Assembly: GCA_045863295.1 (NCBI GenBank)
Contig: BTWA01000012.1
Location: 1-64,000 of the forward strand
Reading direction: 5' to 3'
Length of the DNA stretch: 64,000 bases
Source: Candidatus Hydrogenedentota bacterium
GTDB taxonomy: Bacteria; Hydrogenedentota; Hydrogenedentia; Hydrogenedentales; SLHB01
A program made the translations under genes and the position numbers. This document shows, one piece after another, positions 37,536 through 46,982 of the stretch (position 1 is the first letter of the stretch; each line of letters begins with the position of its first letter). The notes beneath the pieces are model-generated. The model did no database searches. It saw nothing but the letters and a program-made list of their open reading frames with translations, and was not told the origin of the DNA.

Positions 37536-39911
37536 ATGTACGAAGCGTTTTATGGACTTAAAGAAAAGCCATTTAACCTCACTCCCGATCCGAAATTCGT
37601 CTACCTTAGCGAAAAACACAAGGAAGCCTTTGCACATCTTTTGTATGGCATCAAGAACCGTAGTGGTTTCGTTATGGTCACCGGCGAAATCGGCACGGGA
37701 AAAACAACCATCTGCCGAACCCTTGTCAGTCAGTTAGACGATGCCACGGAAGTTGCGTTCATTTTCAATCCATGTCTCTCTCCTGACGAGTTGCTCCGGA
37801 AGATTAACGAAGACTTCGGGATTAAGACAAAGGCAGAAACCATAAAAGGCCTGATCGATGAGTTGAACGCTTATCTACTTGACCGAAATGCCATGGGTAA
37901 GAACTGTGTGTTGGTCATCGATGAAGCACAGGACCTGACACCGGGCGTACTCGAGCAGATTCGTTTGCTATCCAATTTGGAGACTGAGAAGCAAAAGCTT
38001 CTTCAGATAGTGTTGATCGGCCAGCCCGAATTGAACGAGCACCTTGCGCTGGACGAGTTACGTCAACTCAATCAACGTATTACCGCTCGGTACCATTTGC
38101 AGCCTCTAAATTCTGAGGAAACAGTCCAATACATTGCGTACCGTCTGCGTATTGCAGGGGCGAGGAGGCGCATTCATTTTGCTCGATCAGCCTTTGGCCA
38201 GATTTTTAAGTATGCCAAGGGCACTCCACGTGTCATCAATGCAATTTGCGATCGCGCTCTTCTCATCGGATACACACGCGAAACGCACAACATATCCGCG
38301 GATATCATTAAACAGGCTGCACGGGAAATACAGGGCGAACGCCCCAAGCGTCGAAAGGATGCTGCTAGGCCGCGCTTATTTTCCAGTGCCGCCATCATAG
38401 CGGCCGCGCTAATAGTCCTTGCCGGTGCAATTTATGCAGTAGAACGAGGAAGGACTCCAAATGCAGTTGACAACGGACCTTCACTGTTCGCTCGCCTCCA
38501 AAGTTGGATGGATTCGCTTCGCTTTACATCGAATGCTGGCGCCGCCAGTGACGAGTATTCCACTGATCCGGATGAACTGCCTCCAGGCGTAGATCCAAGA
38601 GAGTACTGGCGTCAGCAGAATCTGGATTTGGCCAATGCCGTTGTGTCTGAGAATGACTCGCACGTGCCGGATCTACCTGAACAGACGGTTACTTTCACCG
38701 ATGTAATCGATGGCATGGATCCCGCCGCCGCCAGGACTGGAGCTGCCGCGGCCATTCTTCGTGCTTGGAATATGGCTTTCCTGAGTAGTTATCCCAAGAC
38801 CGATGACCCTGGAAGTTTCGTAGAATTTGCCGGACAGTACGGTCTGGTATGCGAAGTATTGCGGCCGGCCTTGGAGCAGGTCGAGATGATCAATCTGCCC
38901 GCGCTAGTCCGAATGAAAGGACGCAATCAAAACGTCTGGTGTGCGTTTACGGCTGTCGAGGGCGATCAGTTGCGTCTCACAACGGGTATGTCGGATTCAG
39001 TTTTGGTGTCCCGGCAGGATTTCAAAGATCATTACATGCAAGAGGCGCTGATACTCTGGCGCGATCCATCTCCAGACACGCCCACGATGAAACTTCAGGC
39101 ACAGAGCGATGACGTACAGGTGTTGCAGGCGCAACTTAGAACCATCGGCCTGTTTCGCAACAATCCAAACGGTGTTTTTGACGAAGCCACCGAAAATGCG
39201 ATCAAGCAACTGCAGCAAGATACTGGACTCCATGCCGACGGCGCTGCCGGCCGGCAGACGAGAATGGTCATGTGCAGTTGGCTTCCAGGCTTCGATACGC
39301 CGGAATTACGTACATTACCCATGCTTTGGAGCAATGCCGGAGATATCGTTCTTGGCGGTTCGCGTTTGAAATGGCGCCAGATACCCCGGCCGCTTATATC
39401 GGAAGAAACAGCCGATGCGAAATCGAATTCGGTTCAGGAACCGCCCATGCCCACTTCAGCCGCGCCGCAAGGGGAGAGTTCGACAAAAGACGATCCTACG
39501 GCGGAACCTCCTATTAAGCCGGAGTCTGCAGACACCGCTTCTCAAGTTGGCGACAACACCACTGCATCTGATTCGCCTTCTGATGTGAACTCGGCTCCGC
39601 AGCCAGAGGTGACGGAAGGCTCTGAATCAGCGCCAGATCCAGATTTGGGATCTTCAGCGGCCGCGCCTAATGTCGAGATCACGCCACCAACAGATCAGGA
39701 TTCCGTTCCCACGCCTGAAACGGACGCGCCACCCTCTGTTCCGAGTGTGGAATCACCGGCCGTGGTTGATGCACGCAATAGTACTTTTCCGTTAGTCCCG
39801 TCTGAATCAGATGCCCGGCCTCCGAATGCCGGAGCCGATCAGACTGCGCCAGTAAACCCCGCTGACACAGAAACTGCCACCGTTGTAGAACCTGAGGAAT
39901 CCCGTTCATGA
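37536..39911 (+). CDS. ExeA/GspA-family AAA ATPase with TM, peptidoglycan-binding domain and acidic Pro-rich tail
   Basis: MYEAFYGLKEKPFNLTPDP, GEIGTGKTT, IDEAQ, LIGQPEL, QRITARYHL; PG-binding FDEATENAIKQLQ..GLHADG. Confidence 0.9.
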   Translation: MYEAFYGLKEKPFNLTPDPKFVYLSEKHKEAFAHLLYGIKNRSGFVMVTGEIGTGKTTICRTLVSQLDDATEVAFIFNPCLSPDELLRKINEDFGIKTKAETIKGLIDELNAYLLDRNAMGKNCVLVIDEAQDLTPGVLEQIRLLSNLETEKQKLLQIVLIGQPELNEHLALDELRQLNQRITARYHLQPLNSEETVQYIAYRLRIAGARRRIHFARSAFGQIFKYAKGTPRVINAICDRALLIGYTRETHNISADIIKQAAREIQGERPKRRKDAARPRLFSSAAIIAAALIVLAGAIYAVERGRTPNAVDNGPSLFARLQSWMDSLRFTSNAGAASDEYSTDPDELPPGVDPREYWRQQNLDLANAVVSENDSHVPDLPEQTVTFTDVIDGMDPAAARTGAAAAILRAWNMAFLSSYPKTDDPGSFVEFAGQYGLVCEVLRPALEQVEMINLPALVRMKGRNQNVWCAFTAVEGDQLRLTTGMSDSVLVSRQDFKDHYMQEALILWRDPSPDTPTMKLQAQSDDVQVLQAQLRTIGLFRNNPNGVFDEATENAIKQLQQDTGLHADGAAGRQTRMVMCSWLPGFDTPELRTLPMLWSNAGDIVLGGSRLKWRQIPRPLISEETADAKSNSVQEPPMPTSAAPQGESSTKDDPTAEPPIKPESADTASQVGDNTTASDSPSDVNSAPQPEVTEGSESAPDPDLGSSAAAPNVEITPPTDQDSVPTPETDAPPSVPSVESPAVVDARNSTFPLVPSESDARPPNAGADQTAPVNPADTETATVVEPEESRS

Positions 39912-40879
39912 GTTCCATACTCGATGCTTTGCGCAAGCTGGAGCAGGAACAAGGAGAAGGGGGGAGGAACGATATAGGTACGGTCGAACCGGACCGTGCC
40001 GATCGTAATCCTCCTGAATACCGTGCAGCGGCTGGTGCGGTCACCATATCTATAGAGCCTTCCATGATACTGGTGGGCTCGGTTACCGCAGTGCTGCTGC
40101 TTGCGTCCGTAACGGCTGCGGCGCTCTTCATGCTGATGCGTAACCCGTCAGCTCCCGGGCCGTCCGTCGCGGCGGTGTCAACTAACAGCAGTTCAAATGC
40201 TGCAGAAGTAGCGATGAACGTTAGCGCGAACGCGATCGCGCCTACCCCGGTTCGGGAGCCGGCAGTCGAACCGTCAGTGGCTGCTACCGCAACACTCCTA
40301 ACGATAGATGAGAATGCATCGGCTGTTGAGACTAATGCAGCAGAGGTTCCGGTTGTCGAGGTGGAGGCTCCTGTGCGCGTGGCTTCCAAGGCGGATTTGG
40401 AGGTATCCCCCAAGCCTATTGAGAACAAGCCCGAACCAGTTGTGCGGGCAAAGCCTGCGGAGCCTCAATCTGAACAGGTTGCCACTGTGCAACCCCAGCC
40501 TGCAGCTGTTGTGCCCAAACCAGTGGAGGACGAACCTGTCCAACTTCCTGCGCCTCCTTCGGTCCAGCCGGCAATCGTTTCGGAAACGGATGTCCAAGCA
40601 CAATCAACTCCAGATGCGGCACCGGATTCGGTAGTTGATTTGAATAGCCTGCCCATATTGTCTGAGTCGGATCGCCTTCGCCTAAACCTCCCGGAAATCA
40701 CCATAAATATCGTGGGAACGGCCAGTTCACGCAATCCCCGGCCATCGGCAATGATAAACTACAAAAGGGTAATGGTTGGTGAGTTCGTGCCAGGGACAAA
40801 TGCAAAGCTGGTGGCAGTGGACGTAAAGGGAATTGGCATATCAGTGGGGGGAATTCAGTTTTTCGTACCCAAACGATAA
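39908..40879 (+). CDS. ExeB/GspB-like protein
   Basis: MSSILDALRKLE N-terminus, TM, Pro-rich linker, C-terminal LPEITINI..AMINY domain; coupled to exeA. Confidence 0.8.
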   Translation: MSSILDALRKLEQEQGEGGRNDIGTVEPDRADRNPPEYRAAAGAVTISIEPSMILVGSVTAVLLLASVTAAALFMLMRNPSAPGPSVAAVSTNSSSNAAEVAMNVSANAIAPTPVREPAVEPSVAATATLLTIDENASAVETNAAEVPVVEVEAPVRVASKADLEVSPKPIENKPEPVVRAKPAEPQSEQVATVQPQPAAVVPKPVEDEPVQLPAPPSVQPAIVSETDVQAQSTPDAAPDSVVDLNSLPILSESDRLRLNLPEITINIVGTASSRNPRPSAMINYKRVMVGEFVPGTNAKLVAVDVKGIGISVGGIQFFVPKR

Positions 40880-40880
40880 A

Positions 40881-41606
40881 CTACGCGTGATGGTATCGCA
40901 ATCCGACCAGCTTATATAGTCCGTCCACTTCGCTTGCGCTCAAATATCGCCACTCGCCAGGTTTCAGTCCTTTGACCTTTACATTGCCCACGGAAACTCG
41001 CTGCAGCTCGCGTACCGGATGGCCTACATGTTTGCACATGCGTTTTACCTCTCGCTTCCGTCCCTCACGAAGCAGCAATTGGATGAGTGTAGTCTTCTTT
41101 CCATGATATAAAATGACCACTTCGGCGGGTGCCGTCATGCCATCGTCCAATTCAACACCATGTTCCAGGCGAATCGCCGTCTCTGTCGACATGCTGCCCT
41201 CGACCCAAGCGAGATAGATTTTGTCAATTTGGAACCGGGGATGCGTCATTCGGTAGGCCAACTCGCCATCATTCGTCAGGAGCAACGCACCTTCCACGTC
41301 CATATCCAGACGTCCAACGGGAAATAATCGCTCGTTCAGGCCTTCGAGACAATCCACCACCGTCTTGCGTTCATGCGTATCTTTGACACTTGTAATTACA
41401 CCTCGTGGCTTGTTGAGCAATATGTATACCTTGTTTTCGGGTTGCACAGCTTTGCCGTCGAGGGTGATGGCGTCCTCGCCGGGCGTAATTACATGACCGA
41501 GGAGTACGGGTTTCCCATTGACAAGCACACGACCGCTTTCTATAAGCTGTTCTGCCTGCCGCCGCGACGCAATCCCACAGGACGCAAGATACTTTTGAAG
41601 ACGCAT
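40881..41606 (-). CDS. rluB: 23S rRNA pseudouridine synthase (RluB/RsuA family)
   Basis: RLQKYLASCGIASRR S4 domain, PVGRLD, LLLTNDG, EGRKREVKRM; follows scpB. Confidence 0.9.
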   Translation of the reverse strand: MRLQKYLASCGIASRRQAEQLIESGRVLVNGKPVLLGHVITPGEDAITLDGKAVQPENKVYILLNKPRGVITSVKDTHERKTVVDCLEGLNERLFPVGRLDMDVEGALLLTNDGELAYRMTHPRFQIDKIYLAWVEGSMSTETAIRLEHGVELDDGMTAPAEVVILYHGKKTTLIQLLLREGRKREVKRMCKHVGHPVRELQRVSVGNVKVKGLKPGEWRYLSASEVDGLYKLVGLRYHHA

Positions 41607-41610
41607 GCGG

Positions 41611-42219
41611 TTATCCCATCTCCCGCAGTTCTTCTATAGACGGCAACTCTTTCAAGTTCTTCATCCCAAAATGGGCCAGAAACTCGTCTGTGGTCCTGTA
41701 CAATTTGGGCCGCCCGGGTACCTCCGCCACACCCACGACTTTGATTAGGCGTTTCTCCTGCAAAATGTCAAAAGCATGCGATACACTCACGCCACGCACA
41801 GCTTCTACTTCAGATCGCGTGACCGGTTGCTTGTAGGCGATGATGGCCAGCGTTTCAAGCACGGCCTTGGATAGCCGGTTGCTCTTTTTGATTTGAAGCA
41901 TACGGCGAATATAAGGCGAATACTCGGATTTTGTAGTGAACTGGTATCCGCCCGCTATTTCTCGAAGGGAATAAGGAGAACCTTGCGATTCCAATTCCAG
42001 CGCAAGTTCGCCCAGTAGGTTGGCGACAATTTCCCGGTCGATATCGCCCAGCGCCTCTGCGAGCCGGTCGGCGCTCACAGGACGATCGCTGACAAACAAC
42101 AAGGCATGCAACGCCTGGCGGGACTCTTCTCGGCCGAGGGTCTGGACCGGCTCGAGTTCGCCTTCTTCCTGTTCGTCTTCTTCCTGTTCGATCTCGTTTT
42201 CGATATTCTCTTTTGCCAT
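41611..42219 (-). CDS. scpB: SMC-Scp complex subunit ScpB
   Basis: LSKAVLETLAIIAYKQPVTRSEVEAVRGV, PGRPKLYRTTDEFL. Confidence 0.97.
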   Translation of the reverse strand: MAKENIENEIEQEEDEQEEGELEPVQTLGREESRQALHALLFVSDRPVSADRLAEALGDIDREIVANLLGELALELESQGSPYSLREIAGGYQFTTKSEYSPYIRRMLQIKKSNRLSKAVLETLAIIAYKQPVTRSEVEAVRGVSVSHAFDILQEKRLIKVVGVAEVPGRPKLYRTTDEFLAHFGMKNLKELPSIEELREMG

Positions 42220-42224
42220 GGTAT

Positions 42225-43238
42225 TTAGAGCGTCTTCCCGACGAGTTCAACAAATGGACGTAAATCGTCCATTAACTTCCCAAAACGTTTTGGCTTCAAT
42301 GATTGCGGTCCATCTGAATACGCGCTTTCAGGATGGGGGTGCATTTCCACCATGATACCGTCCGCGCCAGCAGCGACCGCCGCCTTGGCCATCGAATCCA
42401 CAAATTCCCAATGTCCGGTCGCGTGACTCGGATCCACAAAAACCGGTAAGTGGGAGAGCTTCTTCAGAACGGGAACAGCTGATATGTCCAGCGTGTTCCG
42501 CGTTTCCGATTCAAAAGTGCGAATCCCTCGCTCACACAAAGCCACATTCAAATTCCCAGCAGCCATGATATATTCGGCCGACATCAACAATTCTGCAATG
42601 GTGTTCGCCATTCCGCGCTTCAAGAATACAGGTTTCGACGCTTTCCCCACAGCCTTTAGCAGGCCAAAGTTCTGCATGTTTCGAGCGCCTACCTGCAGCA
42701 TCGAAGCATACTGGTCTACCAGCGGGACTTGTTCCGGTGTCATGACCTCCGTCACAAAAGGCAACCCGTGGGTATCCGCTGCTTCTTTCAAGAGTTTCAG
42801 CCCTTCTTCCTCAAGACCCTGAAAGCTGTATGGGGACGTGCGAGGCTTGTATGCTCCACCGCGCAAGACGTGTCCGCCAAAGCGTTTTACGATTTCGGCA
42901 GACTCCATTATCTGTTCTCGCGTCTCGACCGAGCACGGACCAGCCATGACACAAAATGCGCCGCCTCCAACCGTGGCTCCCCCAACAGCAAAAGAAGAGT
43001 CGGACTTTCGCAGTTCCCGGCCAGCCAACTTATAGGGCTTCAAAATTGGCACAACCTGCTCGACGCCGGGCATGGATTCCAGCGCGTGCAAGCGTTCCTT
43101 GCCTCTTTCGTCTCCTACAGCGCCAATGACGGTTCGCTCAACCCCTTCGATAATGTGCGGCGTATACCCGAATTCCCTGATCTTCTCGATGACCCGATCA
43201 ATATCCTCGCGTATACGAGAGGCCATCACAACAATCAT
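42225..43238 (-). CDS. aroF: DAHP synthase type I-beta with N-terminal regulatory domain
   Basis: AGPCSVE, RGGAYKPRTSPYSFQG, LKRG, CERGIRTF, DPSHATG. Confidence 0.95.
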   Translation of the reverse strand: MIVVMASRIREDIDRVIEKIREFGYTPHIIEGVERTVIGAVGDERGKERLHALESMPGVEQVVPILKPYKLAGRELRKSDSSFAVGGATVGGGAFCVMAGPCSVETREQIMESAEIVKRFGGHVLRGGAYKPRTSPYSFQGLEEEGLKLLKEAADTHGLPFVTEVMTPEQVPLVDQYASMLQVGARNMQNFGLLKAVGKASKPVFLKRGMANTIAELLMSAEYIMAAGNLNVALCERGIRTFESETRNTLDISAVPVLKKLSHLPVFVDPSHATGHWEFVDSMAKAAVAAGADGIMVEMHPHPESAYSDGPQSLKPKRFGKLMDDLRPFVELVGKTL

Positions 43239-43276
43239 GTATGGCTCCTTGATTCTGCATTGGGTTACTCGCGTGC

Positions 43277-43306
43277 ATTATACGCCGCACGATTTGCTCA
43301 AGGCAA
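43277..43306 (-). promoter_or_regulatory. Sigma70 promoter of aroF-scpB-rluB
   Basis: Minus strand TTGCCT-18 nt-TATAAT. Confidence 0.55.
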
Positions 43307-43362
43307 AAAACGGCCCACCAATATTGTGTCATTACTATAGGCTCTGCAAGGAGTTATAGCCA

Positions 43363-45921
43363 CTATGCCCAGACGATAAGCTGGGTTTCGTGGGGATTCA
43401 TCAAGTCCGTGTGCCTTGGTATCGCACGTACTGTAAACCCTTGTTCCCCGGTTTTACCGCAAGGAATGCTGCCTTTAAACCGGTACAGCGTACCTTCCAA
43501 TTTCGATTCCATCTGCATCGGCACAGCCGCCCCCTTGACAATCTGACCCAGCGAATCGACATCGCCATAGTACACTTCCACTGCGACGTCATTTTCCGTG
43601 AGTCCGGCAAGGCTAATGTCTGCAGTTACGTCGAGTTTGCTACCGAATATCAGATCCTCGGTATTGCCTGATTCCAGATTCGCGATAGTTACGTTGCCCC
43701 ACGCAGTGACCACGCGTGATTTCCAATCCGATAGCGCTTTGGCCCGCTTTCGGTTGTCGGCTCTAAGTTCGTTGCGACGCACTGTCGCCGGAATATAGAA
43801 CCGGTCTGCATACTCCTGCACCATGCGATGCGTATTAAAGAACGGCGCACAGGTGCGGATAGCATTCTTCATTCGTCGTATCCAGTGACGCGGCAAACCA
43901 TCCCGGCCGCGATCGTAAAAGGCCGGCGCAATTTCAAGTTCGAGCAGTTCATAGAGCATTTCGCCTTCCACGTGATCCTGCTCGTCGGTGTTCTCGTAGT
44001 TCTCGCCGCGACCGATAGTCCACCCGTTCTCGCCAAGCAATGCTGCTTCGTCCCACCATCCGTCGGGAATGCTGATGTTGAGTGCGCCGTTCAAGGCCGC
44101 TTTCATACCGCTTGTTCCGCTTGCCTCCATGGGGCGGCGCGGTGTGTTGAGCCAGCAATCCACTCCCTGCACCATATAGCGCGCAACATTGATGTCATAG
44201 TCTTCAATGAATACGATGTGATTTCTTGTGTTGTACCGTCGGACGAACTGAATGATGTTACGAATAAGTTCCTTGCCCGCATTGTCCTGCGGATGGGCTT
44301 TGCCGGAGATGATAAACTGAACCGGCATAGCTTCCTTCTTGAGAATGCGAACCAGTCGCTCCGGATCCATAATAAACAGATTGGCGCGCTTGTATGTTGC
44401 AAAACGCCGCGCAAATCCAATAGTGAGAACCTCCGGATCCAGTACCTCATTGGCAGCCTGCACATCAGCATTCGACGATCCACGATCCTTCAATTGTTGC
44501 ACAAGGCGGCGGCGGACAAAGTTCACGAGCCGTTCGCGCCGGCGCTCGTGGGTGCGCCAAAGCTCCGCGTCGGGCACAGCGTCGATCCGGTCCCAAACCT
44601 CTTGGTCCGGCGGATTGCTTATCCAGCTGGGGCCAAGGTACGTGTCGTACAGGCCGCCCATGTCCCGCGAAATCCAGAAACGGGGATGTACTCCGTTCGT
44701 AATAGACGTAATGGGTACCTCGTCTACCGGAACATCTTTCCAAGTTCTCGACCACATGCTTCGCGAAATCTCGCCGTGCAGCTTGGCGACACCATTGGCC
44801 GCACATGAGATCTTAAGGGCGAGCACAGTCATGCAGAAAGGCTCCCGAACATCACCCGGATCCTGTCGCCCAAGTCCAAGTAACCGGCCCAACTCGATAC
44901 CAATTTCCGAGCAATAGGCTTTGAAATAATGCTCGATCATCTCGGGCGGAAACATGTCATTGCCTGCGGGTACCGGAGTATGTGTCGTAAAGACGCTGGC
45001 CGACTTCACAGACTCAAGTGCTTGCTCGAATGTCAGCTTATCATTAGACATCAATTCGCGGATTCGCTCTAATGTCATGAATGCAGCGTGACCTTCGTTC
45101 ATGTGAAATACGGTGGGATAAATATTTAACGCGCGCAATAAACGCACGCTGGCCATGCCCAACAGAATTTCCTGCCGGATTCGCATGTCCCGGTCGCCGC
45201 CGTACAGTCGCGCCGTTATCTCCCGATCTTCGGCGTCGTTCTGCTCGAAGTCACTGTCCAGCAGATAAAGAGGCACACGACCGACTTTCAGCTGCCACGC
45301 TCGAACGTGTACAGTGCGCTCTGGGTAAGCAATTTTTACAACGATCGGCTTGCCCTTTTTGTCTCGAACCAACTCGACCGGCATCTTGTGCACATCGTTT
45401 TTCGGATAACGCTCCTGCTGCCAGCCGTCGGCATTCAAATATTGCCGGTGATATCCTTCCCGATAGAGAAGGCCAACCCCGACCAGGGGCAGACCCAGGT
45501 CGCTCGCGCTTTTTAAATGATCGCCCGCAAGAACGCCAAGTCCACCGGAATACACCGACACCGACTCATGCAAGCCAAACTCGGCTGACAGATAAGCAAT
45601 GCTCAAGTCTTTCGGTGATTGTGTGTTGCGTTCTGCCCATGGAGAGGAGTTCAGATACTCGTCCATACGAACAGACACTCGCTTGAGGTGAGACAGAAAA
45701 CTGTCGTCCGCAGCCAACCGCTCAAGTGCGGCCTGGCCAACCTCGCCTAACATCGCCACCGGGTTTTGACCGGTCTTGATCCACAAGTCACGATCCATGC
45801 GGAAAAAGAGCTCAATGGCCTCGGGATCCGAACACCACCAAAGATTGTTCGCTATGTCCCGTAACCGCTCAAGCGCAGGCGGGAGCTTAGGCACAACAGT
45901 AAATCGGGTCACTTTAGCCAT
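43363..45921 (-). CDS. glgP: Alpha-glucan (glycogen/maltodextrin) phosphorylase
   Basis: YSGGLGVLAGD, HMNEGH, FARRFATYKR, EASGTSGMK. Confidence 0.97.
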   Translation of the reverse strand: MAKVTRFTVVPKLPPALERLRDIANNLWWCSDPEAIELFFRMDRDLWIKTGQNPVAMLGEVGQAALERLAADDSFLSHLKRVSVRMDEYLNSSPWAERNTQSPKDLSIAYLSAEFGLHESVSVYSGGLGVLAGDHLKSASDLGLPLVGVGLLYREGYHRQYLNADGWQQERYPKNDVHKMPVELVRDKKGKPIVVKIAYPERTVHVRAWQLKVGRVPLYLLDSDFEQNDAEDREITARLYGGDRDMRIRQEILLGMASVRLLRALNIYPTVFHMNEGHAAFMTLERIRELMSNDKLTFEQALESVKSASVFTTHTPVPAGNDMFPPEMIEHYFKAYCSEIGIELGRLLGLGRQDPGDVREPFCMTVLALKISCAANGVAKLHGEISRSMWSRTWKDVPVDEVPITSITNGVHPRFWISRDMGGLYDTYLGPSWISNPPDQEVWDRIDAVPDAELWRTHERRRERLVNFVRRRLVQQLKDRGSSNADVQAANEVLDPEVLTIGFARRFATYKRANLFIMDPERLVRILKKEAMPVQFIISGKAHPQDNAGKELIRNIIQFVRRYNTRNHIVFIEDYDINVARYMVQGVDCWLNTPRRPMEASGTSGMKAALNGALNISIPDGWWDEAALLGENGWTIGRGENYENTDEQDHVEGEMLYELLELEIAPAFYDRGRDGLPRHWIRRMKNAIRTCAPFFNTHRMVQEYADRFYIPATVRRNELRADNRKRAKALSDWKSRVVTAWGNVTIANLESGNTEDLIFGSKLDVTADISLAGLTENDVAVEVYYGDVDSLGQIVKGAAVPMQMESKLEGTLYRFKGSIPCGKTGEQGFTVRAIPRHTDLMNPHETQLIVWA

Positions 45922-46263
45922 GCAAACGGGTACCTCCTGGTACTGCGGGAAGCAGTACCGAACCGCTCAGTGCGCCGCCGGTAGCAGATTTTTCAGCGAG
46001 CCGCTCCACCCCCGCGGAGCCACACTCGCCGGCGCAATACAACGGAATGCCAATCTCGAAAAAGGGCCAAATGGGGAATATCCCTGCCCAGTGACCCACC
46101 GGCTTCGGAATGGTACCAGAATTGGATGCGCGATGCGATCCGGCGAAATGCATACATTGTGGAGGGCTGGAACCGACTATTCATTACAGTTTACCGTGGA
46201 ATACCGTCTGGGCAACGAATACAATTCAAAAGCGCCTCCATACCTGCAAATAGGGAGACTCAC

Positions 46264-46950
46264 ATGAAATTGTTGGTTGCTTGTGTCCTTGTGTTCGGGG
46301 CAAGCGCAGTGTCGGCACAGGAATTTGCGCCAGGGACTTCACCGGGCCCTGATGCCTTGCACCGTGAGCGAATTGAATGGTGCGATATCTGGATTACCGA
46401 CGCGGATAAGGACGATAGGCCGCGTGTTCTATTTATAGGCGATTCCATTACACGAGGCTATTTTGAGTTTGTGGAAAAGGCGCTGGAAGGGAAGACCTAT
46501 TGTGCCCGGCTCACATCTTCGCGAAGCGTATGCGACCCCGTGTTTTTCAACGAATTGGGTCTGATACTGAGTCAGTACGAATTTGATGTAATTCACTTTA
46601 ACAACGGCCTTCACGGGTGGCTCTATTCTGAAGCGGAGTACAAAGAAGGGGTGGAGGACTTGATTTCCGCCTTAAGGAAGTATGCTCCGCAAGCGAAACT
46701 TGTGTGGGCAGCGACGACGCCGGTCAAACACTCATCGTCGATGAGCAATCACGAGGCGCGCGTCAAAGATCGAAATGCCATCGCGGCCGAGATAATGGCC
46801 CGCGAAAAAATTGCCATAAATGATATGTTCAAATTCGTAGCCGATCATATGGAGTATATCGGGGATGATGGTATTCACTTCACACGGGAAGGCAAAGAAG
46901 CACAAGGAGAAAAGGCCGCGAATGCAGTGTTGAATGCATTGAAAGACTGA
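46264..46950 (+). CDS. Secreted SGNH/GDSL hydrolase
   Basis: Signal peptide, IGDSIT, FNNGLH, DGIHF; GGGAG RBS. Confidence 0.9.
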   Translation: MKLLVACVLVFGASAVSAQEFAPGTSPGPDALHRERIEWCDIWITDADKDDRPRVLFIGDSITRGYFEFVEKALEGKTYCARLTSSRSVCDPVFFNELGLILSQYEFDVIHFNNGLHGWLYSEAEYKEGVEDLISALRKYAPQAKLVWAATTPVKHSSSMSNHEARVKDRNAIAAEIMAREKIAINDMFKFVADHMEYIGDDGIHFTREGKEAQGEKAANAVLNALKD

Positions 46951-46982
46951 GCCGAAACATTTACCCCGCCAGGGGCCCCGCG

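Noticed and set aside
39679..40428. 249-aa Ala/Ser/Thr-rich - strand ORF
   Set aside because: Antisense to the low-complexity exeA/exeB linkers.
43828..44808. 326-aa + strand ORF
   Set aside because: Antisense shadow of glgP with no recognisable motifs.
45914..46263. Short ORFs in the glgP-SGNH intergenic region and an N-terminal extension of the SGNH ORF
   Set aside because: No RBS or motifs; ATG 46264 has the RBS and begins a signal peptide.
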